Below, piece after piece: positions 24,534 through 38,047 of a DNA stretch of 64,000 nucleotides. Positions within the stretch are counted from its first letter, which is position 1. Every line of letters begins with the position of its first letter. The stretch comes from Octopus vulgaris (Eukaryota), in contig OX597814.1 of assembly GCA_951406725.2 (NCBI GenBank), positions 28,706,001 through 28,770,000 of the forward strand, in the 5' to 3' direction. The translations under genes were made by a program, and so were the position numbers. The notes under the pieces are model-generated. The model searched no databases and was not told the origin of the DNA. It saw nothing but the letters and a program-made list of their open reading frames with translations.

Positions 24534-24827
24534 ACACAAACACACACACACGCACACACACACACATACACACACACAAACACACACACACACACAGAGG
24601 CCTCCGTCGCTTTCCGTCTGCCACATCCACTCACAAGGCTTTGATCGACCCGAAATTATAATAGAAGACACTTACCCGAGATGCCACGCAGTGGGACTGA
24701 TCTCGGAACCATATGGTTGCCAGGCAAACTTCTTACGACGCAGCCACGCCTGCGCCTTTACTAATTATTTTTTATCGATCCGGTAAGAGAAGGTTAACCC
24801 ACAAACATAAAATGACTTAACGAAAAT

Positions 24828-25214
24828 GGATGGAAGCACTCCGTCGGTTACGACGACGAGGGTTCCGGTTGATCCGAATCAACGGAACAGCCTGCTCGTG
24901 AAATTAACGTGTAAGTGGCTGAGCACTCCACAGACACGTGTACCCTTAACGTAGTTCTCGGGGATATTCAGCGTGACACAGAGAGTGACAAGGCCGGCCC
25001 TTTGAAATACAGGTACAACAGAAACAGGAAGTAAGAGTGAGAGAAAGTTGTGGTGAAAGAGTACAGCAGGGATCACCACCATCCCCTGCCGGAGCCTCGT
25101 GGAGCTTTTGGGTGTTTTCGCTCAATAAACACTCACAACGCCCGGTCTGGGAATCGAAACCGCGATCCTATGACCGCGAGTCCGCTGCCCTAACCACTGG
25201 GCCATTGCGCCTCC
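24828..25214 (-). mobile_element. SINE family C, full length, 12-bp TSD
   Basis: TSD cttaacgaaaat on both sides. Confidence 0.93.
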
Positions 25215-25299
25215 TTAACGAAAATACACTGCAAGGAAATATCCTGCGCTGTACCAATTCCTTCATTTATCGCTTTACTACAGTAACAAACATATATAG

Positions 25300-25517
25300 C
25301 AGCAGGAGTGGCTGTGTGGTAAGTAGCTTGTTTACCAGCCACATGGTTCCTGGTTCAGTCCCACTGCGTAGCACCTTGGGCAAGTGTCTTCTACTATAGC
25401 CTCGGGCCGACAAAAGCCTTGTGAGTGGATTTGGTAGACGGAAACAGAAAGAAGCCCGTCGTGTATATGTCGTATATAAGCCCAGTACTTATTCTTTCGG
25501 TCTCTTTTGCCGAACCG

Positions 25518-25572
<55 letters not shown>

Positions 25573-26166
25573 TGTGTGTGTGTGTGTGTCTGTGTTTGTC
25601 CCCCTAGCATTGCTTGACAACCGATGCTGGTGTGTTTATGTCCCCGTTACTTAGCGGTTCGGCAAAAGAGACCGATATAATAAATACTGGGCTTACAAAA
25701 GAATAAGTCCCGGGGGTCGAGTTGCTCGATTAAAGGCGGTGCTCCAGCATGGCCGCAGTCGCATAGCACCTTGGGCAAGTGTCTTCTACTATAGCCTCGG
25801 GCCGACCAAAGCCTTGTGAGTGGATTTGGTAGACGGAAACTGAAAGAAGCCCGTCGTATATATGTCGTATATAAGCCCAGTACTTATTCTATCGGTCTCT
25901 TTTGCCGAACCGCTATATATATATATATACATATATGCGTGTTTGTGTGTGTGTGTGTTTGTGTGTCTGTGTTTGTCCTCCTAGCATTGCTTGACAACCG
26001 ATGCTGGTGTGTTTATGTCCCCGTTACTTAGCGGTTCGGCAAAAGAGACCGATATAATAAAGTACTGGACTTCACAAAAGAATAAGTCCCGGGGTCGAGT
26101 TGCTCTATTAAAGGCGGTGCTCCAGCATGGCCGAAGTCAAATGACTGAAACAAGTAAAAAAGAGAG
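25300..26166 (+). mobile_element. SINE family A with internal inverted insert, tandemly duplicated
   Basis: Units about 25367-25760 and 25763-26166 both carry an inverted copy of their own 3' body. Confidence 0.88.
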
Positions 26167-27319
26167 TAACTCAATACAAACAAAATTCTTGGATATTATT
26201 GTTTTTACAGACCAAGGTGTCACTCCTTCCTCTGAAGGTCGATCCGTCTCACTTTCTTCGTTCGCTCTTTCTTCTCCTTTCCCCTCTCTCTTCCTTTCCT
26301 ACATTCTTAAACTCCTTCTTAGTTTGACTTCTTTTGTCATATCATCTTTAGAGTAACACAAAGAATTACAGCCAATCCTTCAAATGTTTTCAACGCGAAG
26401 CGTGCTACGGAGCCATCTTTTTTCAAAAACAATTACCACTGACGTCACAACCGTTGCCACCCTTTCCGTCAACGCCACACTTATCGCCGTCATTACAAGG
26501 ACTCTCACCACTACCATCACTACCACCGCTACTCTCAACAATATTACCACCGCCGCCGGCACACCATCGCCATCACCACCACTACCATCACTACCACCGC
26601 TACTCTCAACAATATTACCACCACCGCCGCCGGCACATCATCACCATCACCACCACTAACAACACTCTCCTTGTCACCATCATCACAATTCCCAACACTA
26701 CCACTACTACCACTACTACCACCACTACCAACTCTGCTCTCACCATTATCATAACCATAGCAACAACCACAGGTGTTGCTTGAACAGTGGTAATACCAAC
26801 AACAAAGCCGTTTGCTCCCAGGACAGTTTTTGCTAAATTTCTTCCAACCACTTGAAGTTTTTCAAATTTTCACCAATTATTTTTTTGAAAATGTAGTTTA
26901 CGTAAAGTTTTGTACGTTGATGAAAATTACATTAATTTTTTTTTTCTAGAAATAAATACTAAAAACGTTAGAAGCATTAAAAATTATACAATTACAGCCA
27001 ATTGAAAGCGTCCATTATTGATATTTTTGTTTATGCTGATCTCCATGGTAATGCAGATCAGCACATACGAAGCTTTTACGTGGTTTCTCAGCCTGCAAGA
27101 AATAACAAACAAATCTTCCTTAAACTACACTATAACATCTTAAAATGGAACAAAAAGACGAATATAGAGTTGGATAAAAGAAAAAGGTGGCAACTAATTC
27201 TTTCCCCATCATCAAACTTTGTTTACAATTAGTGCCGCAGCACAATTTTTCATCCGTTTTGTTCTTTTAGACGTTGTGGTGTAGCTTAAGATTTAGCTGC
27301 TATTTCTAACAATAATTCT

Positions 27320-27652
27320 ATGCGTGGCACGTTGGGCAAGTGTCTTCTACTATAGCCTCGAACCGACCAAAGCTTTGTGAGTGGATTTGGTAGACAGAAA
27401 CTGAAAGCCCATCGTATATATGTATATATATGTGTGTGCATATGTTTGTGTGTCTGTGTTTGTCCCCCAACATCACTTGACAACCGATGCTAGTGTGTTT
27501 ACGTCCCCGTAACTTAGCGGTTCGACAAAAGAGAACCGACAGAATAAGTACTAGGCTTACAAAGAATAAGTCCTGGGGTCGATTCGCTCGACTAAAGGCG
27601 GTGCTCCAGCATAGCCGCAGTCAAATGACTGAAACAAGTAAAAGAGTAAAGA
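27320..27652 (+). mobile_element. SINE family A, 5' truncated
   Basis: Similarity to other copies. Confidence 0.88.
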
Positions 27653-27665
27653 CTAAATAGTTGTA

Positions 27666-27703
<38 letters not shown>

Positions 27704-27986
27704 GCACACTCTTAATTTTTGCGTATATTTCCTACTAGATCCTTCTTTTAATACAATGTGGTTGGTAAGCAAGCTACTTACAACACAGCCACTCCTGTGC
27801 CTAGAATACCTTTTATAAGTTTTTCATTCAGGGCCGACCTTTGACTAAAACAACCACAATAACAATAACAAACCAGCACAACCAACCACTTTTCAACGTC
27901 GAGGTGCAGCAACGTGGACTCAAGTAAGACAGAAACATTGGATAGCCAGCTTCTTAAACGTTCTACCGCAACCCACTCTCTAAGGG

Positions 27987-28367
27987 AAACACTCCGTCGG
28001 TTACGACGATGAGGGTTCCGGTTGATCCGACCAACGGAACAGCCTGCTCGTGAAATTAACGTGTAAGTGGCTGAGCACTCCACAGACACGTGTACCCTTA
28101 ACGTAGTTCTCGGGGATATTCAGCGTGACACAGAGAGTGACAAGGCCGGCCCTTTGAAATACAGGTACAACAGAAACAGGAAGTAAGAGTGAGAAAAAGT
28201 TGTGGTGAAAGAGTACAGCAGGGATCACCACCATCCCCTGCCGGAGCCTCGTGGAGCTTTTAGGTGTTTTCGCTCAATAAACACTCACAACGCCCGGTCT
28301 GGGAATCGAAACCGCGATCCTATGACCGCGAGTCCGCTGCCCTAACCACTGGGCCATTGCGCCTCCA
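27987..28367 (-). mobile_element. SINE family C, full length
   Basis: Near-identical to 24828-25214. Confidence 0.93.
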
Positions 28368-28569
28368 CTCCGCAACCCACATGCCATAGATAAATACAGT
28401 ATCAAGTCATGTCCACTTGTGTTTAGTCTTGCTGTAAACATTTGGCTCACGGAGGGCATTCCAGTTAAGTTAGAATGGGGATCGAACAGATCGGGTTCGT
28501 TTTATATAACAAATTATCAGTTAGCTCTCAGCCCTACCTCCCAAAATGCCGAGATCAGGTAGCAGATAA

Positions 28570-29237
28570 CTCTTTTTTACTCTTTTACTCTTTTACTTGT
28601 TTCAGTCATTTGACTGCGGCCATGCTGGAGTACCGCCTTTAGTCGAGCAAATCGACCCCGGGACTTATATATATATATATAATATATCCTATAAGTATAT
28701 CCTATTGAAATTTCACTTAAGAGGTTCTGCGTTCAAGTGGACATGACTTGATGCTGTATTTATCTATGGCATGTGGGTTGCGGAGTGGAGGCGCAATGGC
28801 CCAGTGGTTAGGGCAGCGGACTTGCGGTCATAGGATCGCGGTTTCAATTCCCAGACCGGGCGTTGTGAGTGTTTATTGAGCGGAAACACCTATATATATA
28901 TATATCTTTGTAAGCCTAGTACTTATTCTATCGGTCTCTTTTGCCGAACCGCTAAGTCACGGGGACGTAAACACACCAGCATCGGTTGTCAAGCAATGCT
29001 AGGGAGACAAACACAGACACACAAACACACACACACATACATACACACACACATATATATATATACATATATACGACAGGCTTCTTTCAGTTTCCGTCTA
29101 CCAAATCCACTCACAAGGCATTGATCGGCCCGAGGCTATAGTAGAAGACACTATGCCCAAAGTGCCAGGCAGTGGGACTGAACCCGGGCTCATGTGGTTG
29201 GTTAGCAAGCTACTTACCACACAGCCACTCCTGCGCT
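28570..29237 (-). mobile_element. SINE family A interrupted by a templated insertion at 28669-28904
   Basis: Consensus ggacttat|tctttgtaagcc split by the insert. Confidence 0.88.
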
Positions 29238-29405
29238 TAACTACGTATAAAATGTAACCAGAATTGAGCCAGGCGTATCTGATAACCAGAACGCAGAACC
29301 TCTGAAGTGAAATTTCAATAGGATATACTATGCGTAAAAATAAGATTGGTTGGCCACATCTAGATTGGTTTGTCATTGGTCATAGGCCTGTTTAATCAAG
29401 GTTTG

Positions 29406-29791
29406 TAGGCGCAATGGCCCAGTGGTTAGGGCAGCGGACTCACGGTCATAAGATCGCGGTTTCGATTCCCAGACCGGGCGTTGTGAGTGTTTATTGAGCG
29501 AAAACACCTAAAAGCTCCACGAGGCTCCGGCAGGGGATGGTGGTGATCCTTATGTACTCTTTCACCACAACTTTCTCTCACCCTTACTTCCTGTTTCTGT
29601 TGTACCTGTATTTCAAGGGGCCGGCCTTGTCACTCTCTGTGTCACGCTGAATCTCCCCGAGAACTACGTTAAGGGTACACGTGTCTGTGGAGTGCTCAGC
29701 CACTTACACGTTAATTTCACGAGCAGGCTGTTCCGTTGATTCGGATCAACCGGAACCCTCATCGTCGTAACCGACGGAGTGCTTCCATCCA
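29406..29791 (+). mobile_element. SINE family C, full length, 13-bp TSD
   Basis: TSD tttaatcaaggtt. Confidence 0.93.
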
Positions 29792-30009
29792 TTTAATCAA
29801 GGTTAACCTACGCTAGACTGCATCAAGTATTAAATATACACATACATATAACTCTTTTCCTCTCCTTTAGTAAGAATCCGACTCGGCTTATTATATCTAT
29901 GGAACGGTCAATATCTACGAACAACAAACAATGTATATGTCATTGAAGTGTAGTATTGCGGCTGCAGCTGTTAATCTCTAGGTAAGCGCTGACTGGGCGG
30001 GTCTTTTTT

Positions 30010-30258
30010 TTATCTTTTACATGCTTCAGTCATAGGATTGCGGCCATGCTAGAGCACCGCCTCGAAGGGTTTAGTCGAAATCGATCCCACTACTTTTTTT
30101 TTTTTTTTTGTAAAGTTTATTATTCTATCGTTGTCCTTTGCTGAACTTTTAAGTTAGAGACGTAAACAAACCAACGCGTTTGTCAAATAGTGGCCGGAGA
30201 AAACAAACAAACACAAAGACACACTACGCACACGCTCACACACACGCACGCAAACACA

Positions 30259-30301
<43 letters not shown>

Positions 30302-30465
30302 TAGGACGGGTTTCACACAATTTCCGCCTATCAAATTCATCAACGAGGCATTAGTCAATCTGCGACTATAGAGGACACTTGCTCAAGGTGCCGCGCTGTA
30401 CGATTGAACCCGAGACCACGTAGCTGCAAAGCGAGCTTCTTAACCACACTGCCATATCTGCACCT
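30010..30465 (-). mobile_element. Older SINE family A copy
   Basis: Diverged full-length similarity. Confidence 0.8.
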
Positions 30466-30549
30466 CTGAATATTTTCCATATCCAACCGTCGATTTGTTC
30501 CTTTTCTTTTTTTCTTTTTCTTCAGACACAAGACATACATACTATATAT

Positions 30550-30780
30550 ATTTCTTTACTACTCACAAGGGGCTAAACACAGAGGGGACAAACAAGGACA
30601 GACAAAGGGATTAAGTCGACTACATCGACCCCAGTGCGTAACTGGTACTTAATTTATCGACCCCGAAAGGATGAAAAGCAAAGTCGACCTCGGCGGAATT
30701 TGAACTCGGAACGTAACGACAGACGAAATACGGCTACGAATCTCGCCCGGCGTGCTAACGTTTCTACCAGCTCGCCTCCT
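30550..30780 (-). mobile_element. SINE family B monomer
   Basis: Flanked by tactatatatat duplication. Confidence 0.9.
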
Positions 30781-31319
30781 TACTATATATATATATTACT
30801 GCATCATCCATCATTATGCCTTTCTCTTCTTCAGACGGTAGAAGGGTGTTAGGTTAGAGAGAGATTTAGCAGGTCGGAGCTAACAACACGTGGAGACTCA
30901 CTCGTTGACTGCTGGTCTAGTGTTATATATAAGGAGGCCGTGTCAACTGACTGCTCGACAGTGTTGTAAACAGAAGATCATGTAACTGCGCTAAGACTAA
31001 TATATATATATACAATATATAAAAATAGCGACTTCCAAGCGACTGACATGCTGTTACAATAAGATTTGAGTCTTTGTAGTTACGATGCTTAAGACATCGA
31101 AAGACTGGGGCAGCATGTTCCCTGCTGTTAATCACTTAGGGAAGTCGCTTTCAAAAAGTGATTTATACTTTTTTTTTGGCGCAGGCATGACTGAATGCGT
31201 AATAACTCACCTTGCTATCATGTAGTTTTGGGTTCAGCCCCACTGCACGGCAACTTGAGCAAGTGTTATATGCTATAGTCTCGAACAGACTAATGCTTTG
31301 TGAATCGATTTGGTAGACG

Positions 31320-31752
31320 CAGCGCTGGATTAACCATTAAGCAAAATAAGCACGTGCTTAGAGCATCAATAGAAGTTGGGGTAGGGACACCACAGAAATG
31401 GTAAATGGTTAACGGCACAAAAGAAATCACTTTAAATTTGTTAAAGTAATATTCGGGATGCCTTTATCTCTACCAAGTATAGATGCAGATGTGTTACTTA
31501 AGAAACATTTTGAGGATCTGATCAAAGACTTTGCAATTCAAAAAAGTAGGAAGAAACTTTTCAAATATATATAAAGTGGAAGTATATAAAAATAAACATT
31601 ATTTTCCCTCTAACTGCTTTGTTTCGTTTTGAAAAATAAAGATTTATGTCATGTTTTGTTATTGTCTATATTTTTTGAATTACGTAATCCTTCACGGGGC
31701 CACCCTGATCTTTTAAGTGCTTAGGGCTTCGATGGGTCTTAATCCGGCCCTG
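31320..31752 (+). mobile_element. Non-autonomous hAT DNA transposon inserted in a SINE A (31178-31780)
   Basis: TIRs cagcgctggattaa / ttaatccggccctg; 8-bp TSD ggtagacg/gatagacg; internal LSLPSIDADVLLKKHFEDLIKDFAIQKSRKKLF resembles a hAT C-terminus. Confidence 0.85.
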
Positions 31753-31867
31753 GATAGACGGAAACTTCTAGAAGCCTGTTGTGTGTGCGTGCGTGCGTGC
31801 GCGCGTGTGTGTGTATGTGTGTGTGTGCGTGTGTGTGTATAAATAACAAAGATGTACAGGTGAAAAT

Positions 31868-31952
31868 CCATTACGGCCGTTTCAAGCGGCTCCATTTAAT
31901 TGGTTAGTGAAAACATTACATCAATTTGAAAGAAACAGTTCTCATCAGATGA
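31868..31952 (-). ncRNA. Type I hammerhead, canonical core, long stem II
   Basis: Minus strand TCAT CTGATGA GAACTGTTTC...GGAGCCGCTT GAAA CGGCCG TA ATGG; palindromic ACGGCCGT. Confidence 0.75.
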
Positions 31953-32013
31953 CCGCATAGACCTAAAACATAAAGGATAAACCATTCTTTTAAGCACCTA
32001 ATTCAACTGAATC

Positions 32014-32111
<98 letters not shown>

Positions 32112-32592
32112 GCGGAGTGTGTATGTGTGTCTGTTTGTGTTCCACCGCCCAAGAACTGGTATTGTTTTTTTTTACGTTTCTGGAACCTAGCGGTTCGGCA
32201 AAAGACGCCGATAGAATGTCTCAGACTTAAAAAAATGTTTTGGGGTTAGTTTGTTCGAATAAAACCTTTCATGACGGTGTCACAGCATGGCCACAGTTCA
32301 ATAACAGAAAAAGAAAAGAATAAACGATACCCTATCCGAATTTTAATTAAATATCCTAAAATCATATTTAAAAGTTATTTCAATAATAGGTGGCTGTGTG
32401 GTAAGAAGTTTGCTTCCCAACTTCATGGTTTTGGGTTCAGTCCCACTGTCTAACACCTTGGACAAATGTCTTTTACTGTAACATCAGAGTGATGAAAGCT
32501 TTGTGACTGGAAATGGTAGACGGAAGCTGAAAAAGTCCGTCGTATACATACACAAGCACACACACACATATATATGTGTTTATATATGTATG

Positions 32593-32980
32593 GGGAGGCG
32601 CAATGGCCCAGTGGTTAGGGCAGCGGACTCGCGGTCATAAGATCGCGGTTTCGATTCCCAGACCGGGCGTTGTGAGTGTTTATTGAGCGAAAACACCTAA
32701 AGCTCCACGAGGCTCCGGCAGGGGATGGTGGTGATCCCTGCTGTACTCTTTCACCACAACTTTCTCTCACTCTTACTTCCTGTTTCTGTCGTACCTGTAT
32801 TTCAAAGGGCCGGCCTTGTCACTCTCTGTGTCACGCTGAATATCCCCGAGAACTACGTTAAGGGTACACGTGTCTGTGGAGTGCTCAGCCACTTAGACGT
32901 TAATTTCACGAGCAGGCTGTTCCGTTGATTCGGATCAACCGGAACCCTCATCGTCGTAACTGACGGAGTGCTTCCATTCC
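32593..32980 (+). mobile_element. SINE family C inserted in the microsatellite of a SINE A (32389-33270)
   Basis: Full-length similarity; nested position. Confidence 0.92.
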
Positions 32981-33984
32981 CATATACGTATGTACATATA
33001 CATACTTGTGTGTGTATCTGTGTGCGTGTGTCTTGTCTACGTTTGTTCCCCCACCATTGCTTGACAACTGATGTCGGTGTGTTTACGTTCCGTTCTTAGT
33101 GGTTCGTCATAACAGACCGATGGAATAAGTAACAGGTAAAAAAAAAACAAAAAAAAAAAACAAGAAGAGAACAAGTACTGGGGGCCGAGCCATTTGACTA
33201 AAATTCTACAAGGTGGAGCGGCAGCATGGCTGCAGTCTTATGGCAGGAACAAATAAAAGATAAAAAAAGAAAAAGAATAATTCTTTTCAAATTATTTGGA
33301 AACGAAGCAAAGAAAAAACTACGAAGAACGTTTGTCAATAAGGAGTGTTTTTATTTAAATTTGACTGCAGAGAAATTATATTTTAAAGAAAACGAGAAAC
33401 AAAACGACAAATAAAAAGATATATTTTTTTTATCACTAAAAATGTAGGCCATAAAATCGTATGACATTCTAGGTTTTGCTATTTCGGTGTTACAAATTTT
33501 AAAGGTTAAAATGTGTATCTGTTTATAAGTAAAGCATTTCCATGTAGGTTATGATGTGAGCAAATTTGAAGCGAGCGATTAAAACAAATTTAATATGAAA
33601 AAAGTGAAACATTTAATAAATTACATCAATATAGAAATAGAAATGCAACATAGCAGAATATAGTTTTTGGTGTATAGTTTATTAGTTATATATTAGAGCA
33701 GAGGTAATCCAGTGAGTATTTCCAAATTTGTTTTAATGGGGAAATTTTAAGGGGCTGGTATCTAATTAGAATTCTGTTGCAGTTAGACCAGCACACACAC
33801 ACCAGCATTTACATATATATATATATATAAGTATGCATATATATAATTATATGTATGTATGTATGCATGTATGTATGTATGTATGCATGTATGTATGTCT
33901 GTATACATATGTATATATACAAACACACATATATATATATACACACACACACACATACATATATATATATGCTTTTGTTCTTCT

Positions 33985-34186
33985 ATTCTTTTATATGTTT
34001 CAGTCATTTGACTGCGGCCATGCTGGAGTACCGCCTTTAGTCGAACAAATCTACACCGGGACTTTTTCTTTGTAAACCTAGCCGAGTACTTATTCTATCG
34101 GTCTCTTTTGCCGAACCGCTTAGTTACGGGGACGTGAACACACCAACACCGATTATCAAGCGATGTGGGGAGACAAACACATGCAC

Positions 34187-34275
<89 letters not shown>

Positions 34276-34479
34276 CACACACGGACGTGCTCCTTTTTTT
34301 ATTCTTTTACTTGTTTCAATCATTTGACGGCTGCCATGCTGGAGCAACTCGACTCCAGGACTTATTCTTTGTAAGCCTAGTACTTATTCTATCGGTCTCT
34401 TTTGCCGAACCGCTAAGTTACGGTATCGTAAACGCACCAACATCGGTTGTCAAGTGATGGTGGAGGAACAAACACACAG

Positions 34480-34480
<1 letters not shown>
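33985..34480 (-). mobile_element. Two SINE A 3' halves
   Basis: Similarity to other copies. Confidence 0.82.
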
Positions 34481-34513
<33 letters not shown>

Positions 34514-34541
34514 AGTAGGTGAATGAATTATCCTAATATGG

Positions 34542-34637
34542 AAAATTCCTGAGGAGAAGACGGCATAATGCACCTTTTATTCCTTCAGAATTAAGAGTAT
34601 GCAGTCTTCGAAACATGTGTCGAGAGAAAGGAATTTT
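34542..34637 (+). ncRNA. Type I hammerhead, canonical core, in a short unit between (TA)n tracts
   Basis: TTC CTGAGGA GAAGAC G GCATA...TATGC A GTCTTC GAAA CATGTG TC GAG; stem I shortened. Confidence 0.75.
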
Positions 34638-34667
34638 GTTAAAATATTCGTTCAACTCCATTCTTTC

Positions 34668-34711
<44 letters not shown>

Positions 34712-34908
34712 TACAAAATTAGAGAATGGAGGAACATACTTAAATCAGTAAAACATCAACTATCCGATGATACTCAATCCATACTTTAATACACCATTAC
34801 ATATGAGTAAAGGCAATATATAAAATGAAATGAGATATACAGTAATAGTAAAAAGATAAAGAGATATAAGTAAAAAATTTCAAATATAATATGCAAATAA
34901 ATCAAAAA

Positions 34909-35016
34909 CTGACAGCTGTTTCGGCAGTGAGGGCAGTCATACCTCATTTAACCTATAAGCCATAAAGGCAGGTATAAATGAGGCATTAACAAGGATGCCC
35001 CACGGCCTCTTCAGAG
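34909..35016 (-). ncRNA. Type I hammerhead (mirror copy of 36577-36684)
   Basis: Reverse complement of the right-arm motif. Confidence 0.8.
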
Positions 35017-36136
35017 AATTAAATTAAATTTGTTATAATAGTGAAAAATATTATATAATCATATACATATAAATATAAAAATATAAAAATGTAAAATATA
35101 AAAACTTATACATCATAATGCTACACTTATATAATATAATACACATTTGTACAAAAAAGGAAGGTAAACAGAACAAAATAAAACAAAATATATAACAGTG
35201 TATATATTAATATTAATAAGTACCGATATTATACATATTTGGCTAATAGTTTTTTTTATAAAAAAAAGGCTAACACATATGGAGATGAAAAATAATAATT
35301 AAAACCATGGTACAGTTCATAAAATTCTAAAGCTATAAAAGTTAATAAAAATTACTATTAATAATAATAATAATAATAATATTCTTATTTATTTTATCAC
35401 TTTTCATCTTAAGTCTTTATAATATAAAATTTATTTAAAATTTCTGTGATGTTCTCATAAGCGTTTACATTAGTACTTCCCCTTCTATTTTTTAATGCCT
35501 AAACTGGTATATTATGGCACTATATTTATTAAGTTAATAAGTGACTTATTTATAATATTTAAATTAATATATATTTTATATTTTATATTTTATAATTTAG
35601 CGTACTTAAAATCATAACAAACTTACGATAAATCTAACAACCGTATGTTTACTATGCAACAAACCGGTGTTATAAATTTTAAGTTACCCATGAAATAATT
35701 ATCTGACTTAGTAACATACTAATATTTAAAAATATATTTATATCTAAATTAAATATTTTATGGAATGCATGGATGGTTCTTTTTTTGTTATTGAGGCACA
35801 GTTATAATTTCGAAGGACTAAATGGTAGCATAGTTGCTTCCCTTTTTTGTTTATCTAAGTGCTAGTTGTTGCTTGTGATTATGTATGTGTATAAGTGTAT
35901 GTATATACATATAACTATGTGTGTATGTGCGATTGATCTGTAGATGCGTGTGTGAATATTGGCGTTCCCTGACTAACCAACCGTCTAATTTCCTTTTGTG
36001 ATTTAAATTTCAAACCAATAGCCAATCGAATTAATCTAAATTTTCTTTACCTAGTGGTCAGCATTTCTTAACTCATAGTTATTTCGATCTTGAAAGGATG
36101 GACTTGGTGCTAACTTAACTGTATCTATTTTTATTA

Positions 36137-36236
<100 letters not shown>

Positions 36237-36576
36237 AGTAATTTTTATTAACTTTTATAGCTTTAGAATTTTATGAACTGTACCATGGTTTTAATTATTA
36301 TTTTTCATCTCCATATGTGTTAGCCTTTTTTTTATAAAAAAAACTATTAGCCAAATATGTATAATATCGGTACTTATTAATATTAATATATACACTGTTA
36401 TATATTTTGTTTTATTTTGTTCTGTTTACCTTCCTTTTTTGTACAAATGTGTATTATATTATATAAGTGTAGCATTATGATGTATAAGTTTTTATATTTT
36501 ACATTTTTATATTTTTATATTTATATGTATATGATTATATAATATTTTTCACTATTATAACAAATTTAATTTAATT

Positions 36577-36684
36577 CTCTGAAGAGGCCGTGGGGCATCC
36601 TTGTTAATGCCTCATTTATACCTGCCTTTATGGCTTATAGGTTAAATGAGGTATGACTGCCCTCACTGCCGAAACAGCTGTCAG
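36577..36684 (+). ncRNA. Type I hammerhead, canonical core, about 85-nt stem II
   Basis: CT CTGAAGA GGC C GTGGGGCA..ATGCCTCATTTA..TAAATGAGGTAT..TGCCCTCAC T GCC GAAA CAGCTG TC AG; palindromic ACAGCTGT, short stem I. Confidence 0.8.
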
Positions 36685-37055
36685 TTTTTGATTTATTTGC
36701 ATATTATATTTGAAATTTTTTACTTATATCTCTTTATCTTTTTACTATTACTGTATATCTCATTTCATTTTATATATTGCCTTTACTCATATGTAATGGT
36801 GTATTAAAGTATGGATTGAGTATCATCGGATAGTTGATGTTTTACTGATTTAAGTATGTTCCTCCATTCTCTAATTTTGTAGTATTAATTTACGGTAATA
36901 TTATTACCTTTACCCATATAATACAATAGATGAACTGATTGTTTGACAATTTTTAACATCTATGTATTAATTTTGTTGGGTACCTATCTAGCAGTATATT
37001 GGATATATATTATCCCATGGTGGGTTAAATTTTCAACCCCTATCTCATTTTATAA

Positions 37056-37097
<42 letters not shown>

Positions 37098-37404
37098 CCC
37101 TCTTGTTTACATCGCTAATGGGAGACAATGACCGCCATCCTCGCTGCTATTCTTAAACCTGTTGTCTCGCGAAAATCAGATACCCAGCTCATATAAGTTA
37201 ATCGATATGCAGTCAGGAGCATTTCCTAACGTTTTTGACAAGGGTAACTCAAAACTTTATTGCATAGCGAACTTCCATATTGCCTTCGCCCTCCAACTGC
37301 TTTCTGCGGACTAGTCAGCTGTGACAAGCAGTGGTGTTAGAGGCATTACCTTCGATCAGGAATAAAAAAAAAGTTGGTAGGTCAACTTGTTAGATGTATA
37401 GTAA

Positions 37405-37802
37405 TCTTTATATATAAAAATGAAGTTGTGTGAGTGTCTGTCTCCTACGATTTAGATTCCTAACTACTCCCACATTTTGCGGTGCAGTTTAACCAAAACT
37501 GGGTATCTTATAGTTGTGATTCATATCGAGCCCTTCTGGGTATTAGCGCGCGTCTACGATGAGTCTACGATTAAAAATAAAATTTACCATCATTTTTTCC
37601 CATTTTTTAATGCATTTTTGGCATATATAAGGGAAGTAACTCTCTAAAGATTTATTATTAAATCTCAGAACGTAAAAAGCTACAGTGACCCCCCCCCTTT
37701 GTGGTTAGCCATATTGAGATGGCTATTATACTTTACATCTCTAAAAATGCTTATATAGTTATTTCCCTTACAAACCCGAGCAACGCCGGGCGATACTGCT
37801 AG
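37405..37802 (+). mobile_element. Non-autonomous Helitron
   Basis: 5' TCtttatatataaaa, 3' hairpin cccgagcaacgccggg then CTAG, inserted between A and T, no TSD. Confidence 0.85.
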
Positions 37803-38002
37803 TAATATACAAAACTTACAACAATCTAGGACAGTCATAACTGTCTCATCTAGAACACACTCAAATCTTCTGGAAAGCACCTTGCACACATATACATGCA
37901 TGCACACACCCACCACGCACATATACGCACACATACACACACACTCCCTCCCTTTATCTCTCACTTTCTCACGCATGCACACACACACACATACACACAC
38001 AC

Positions 38003-38047
<45 letters not shown>

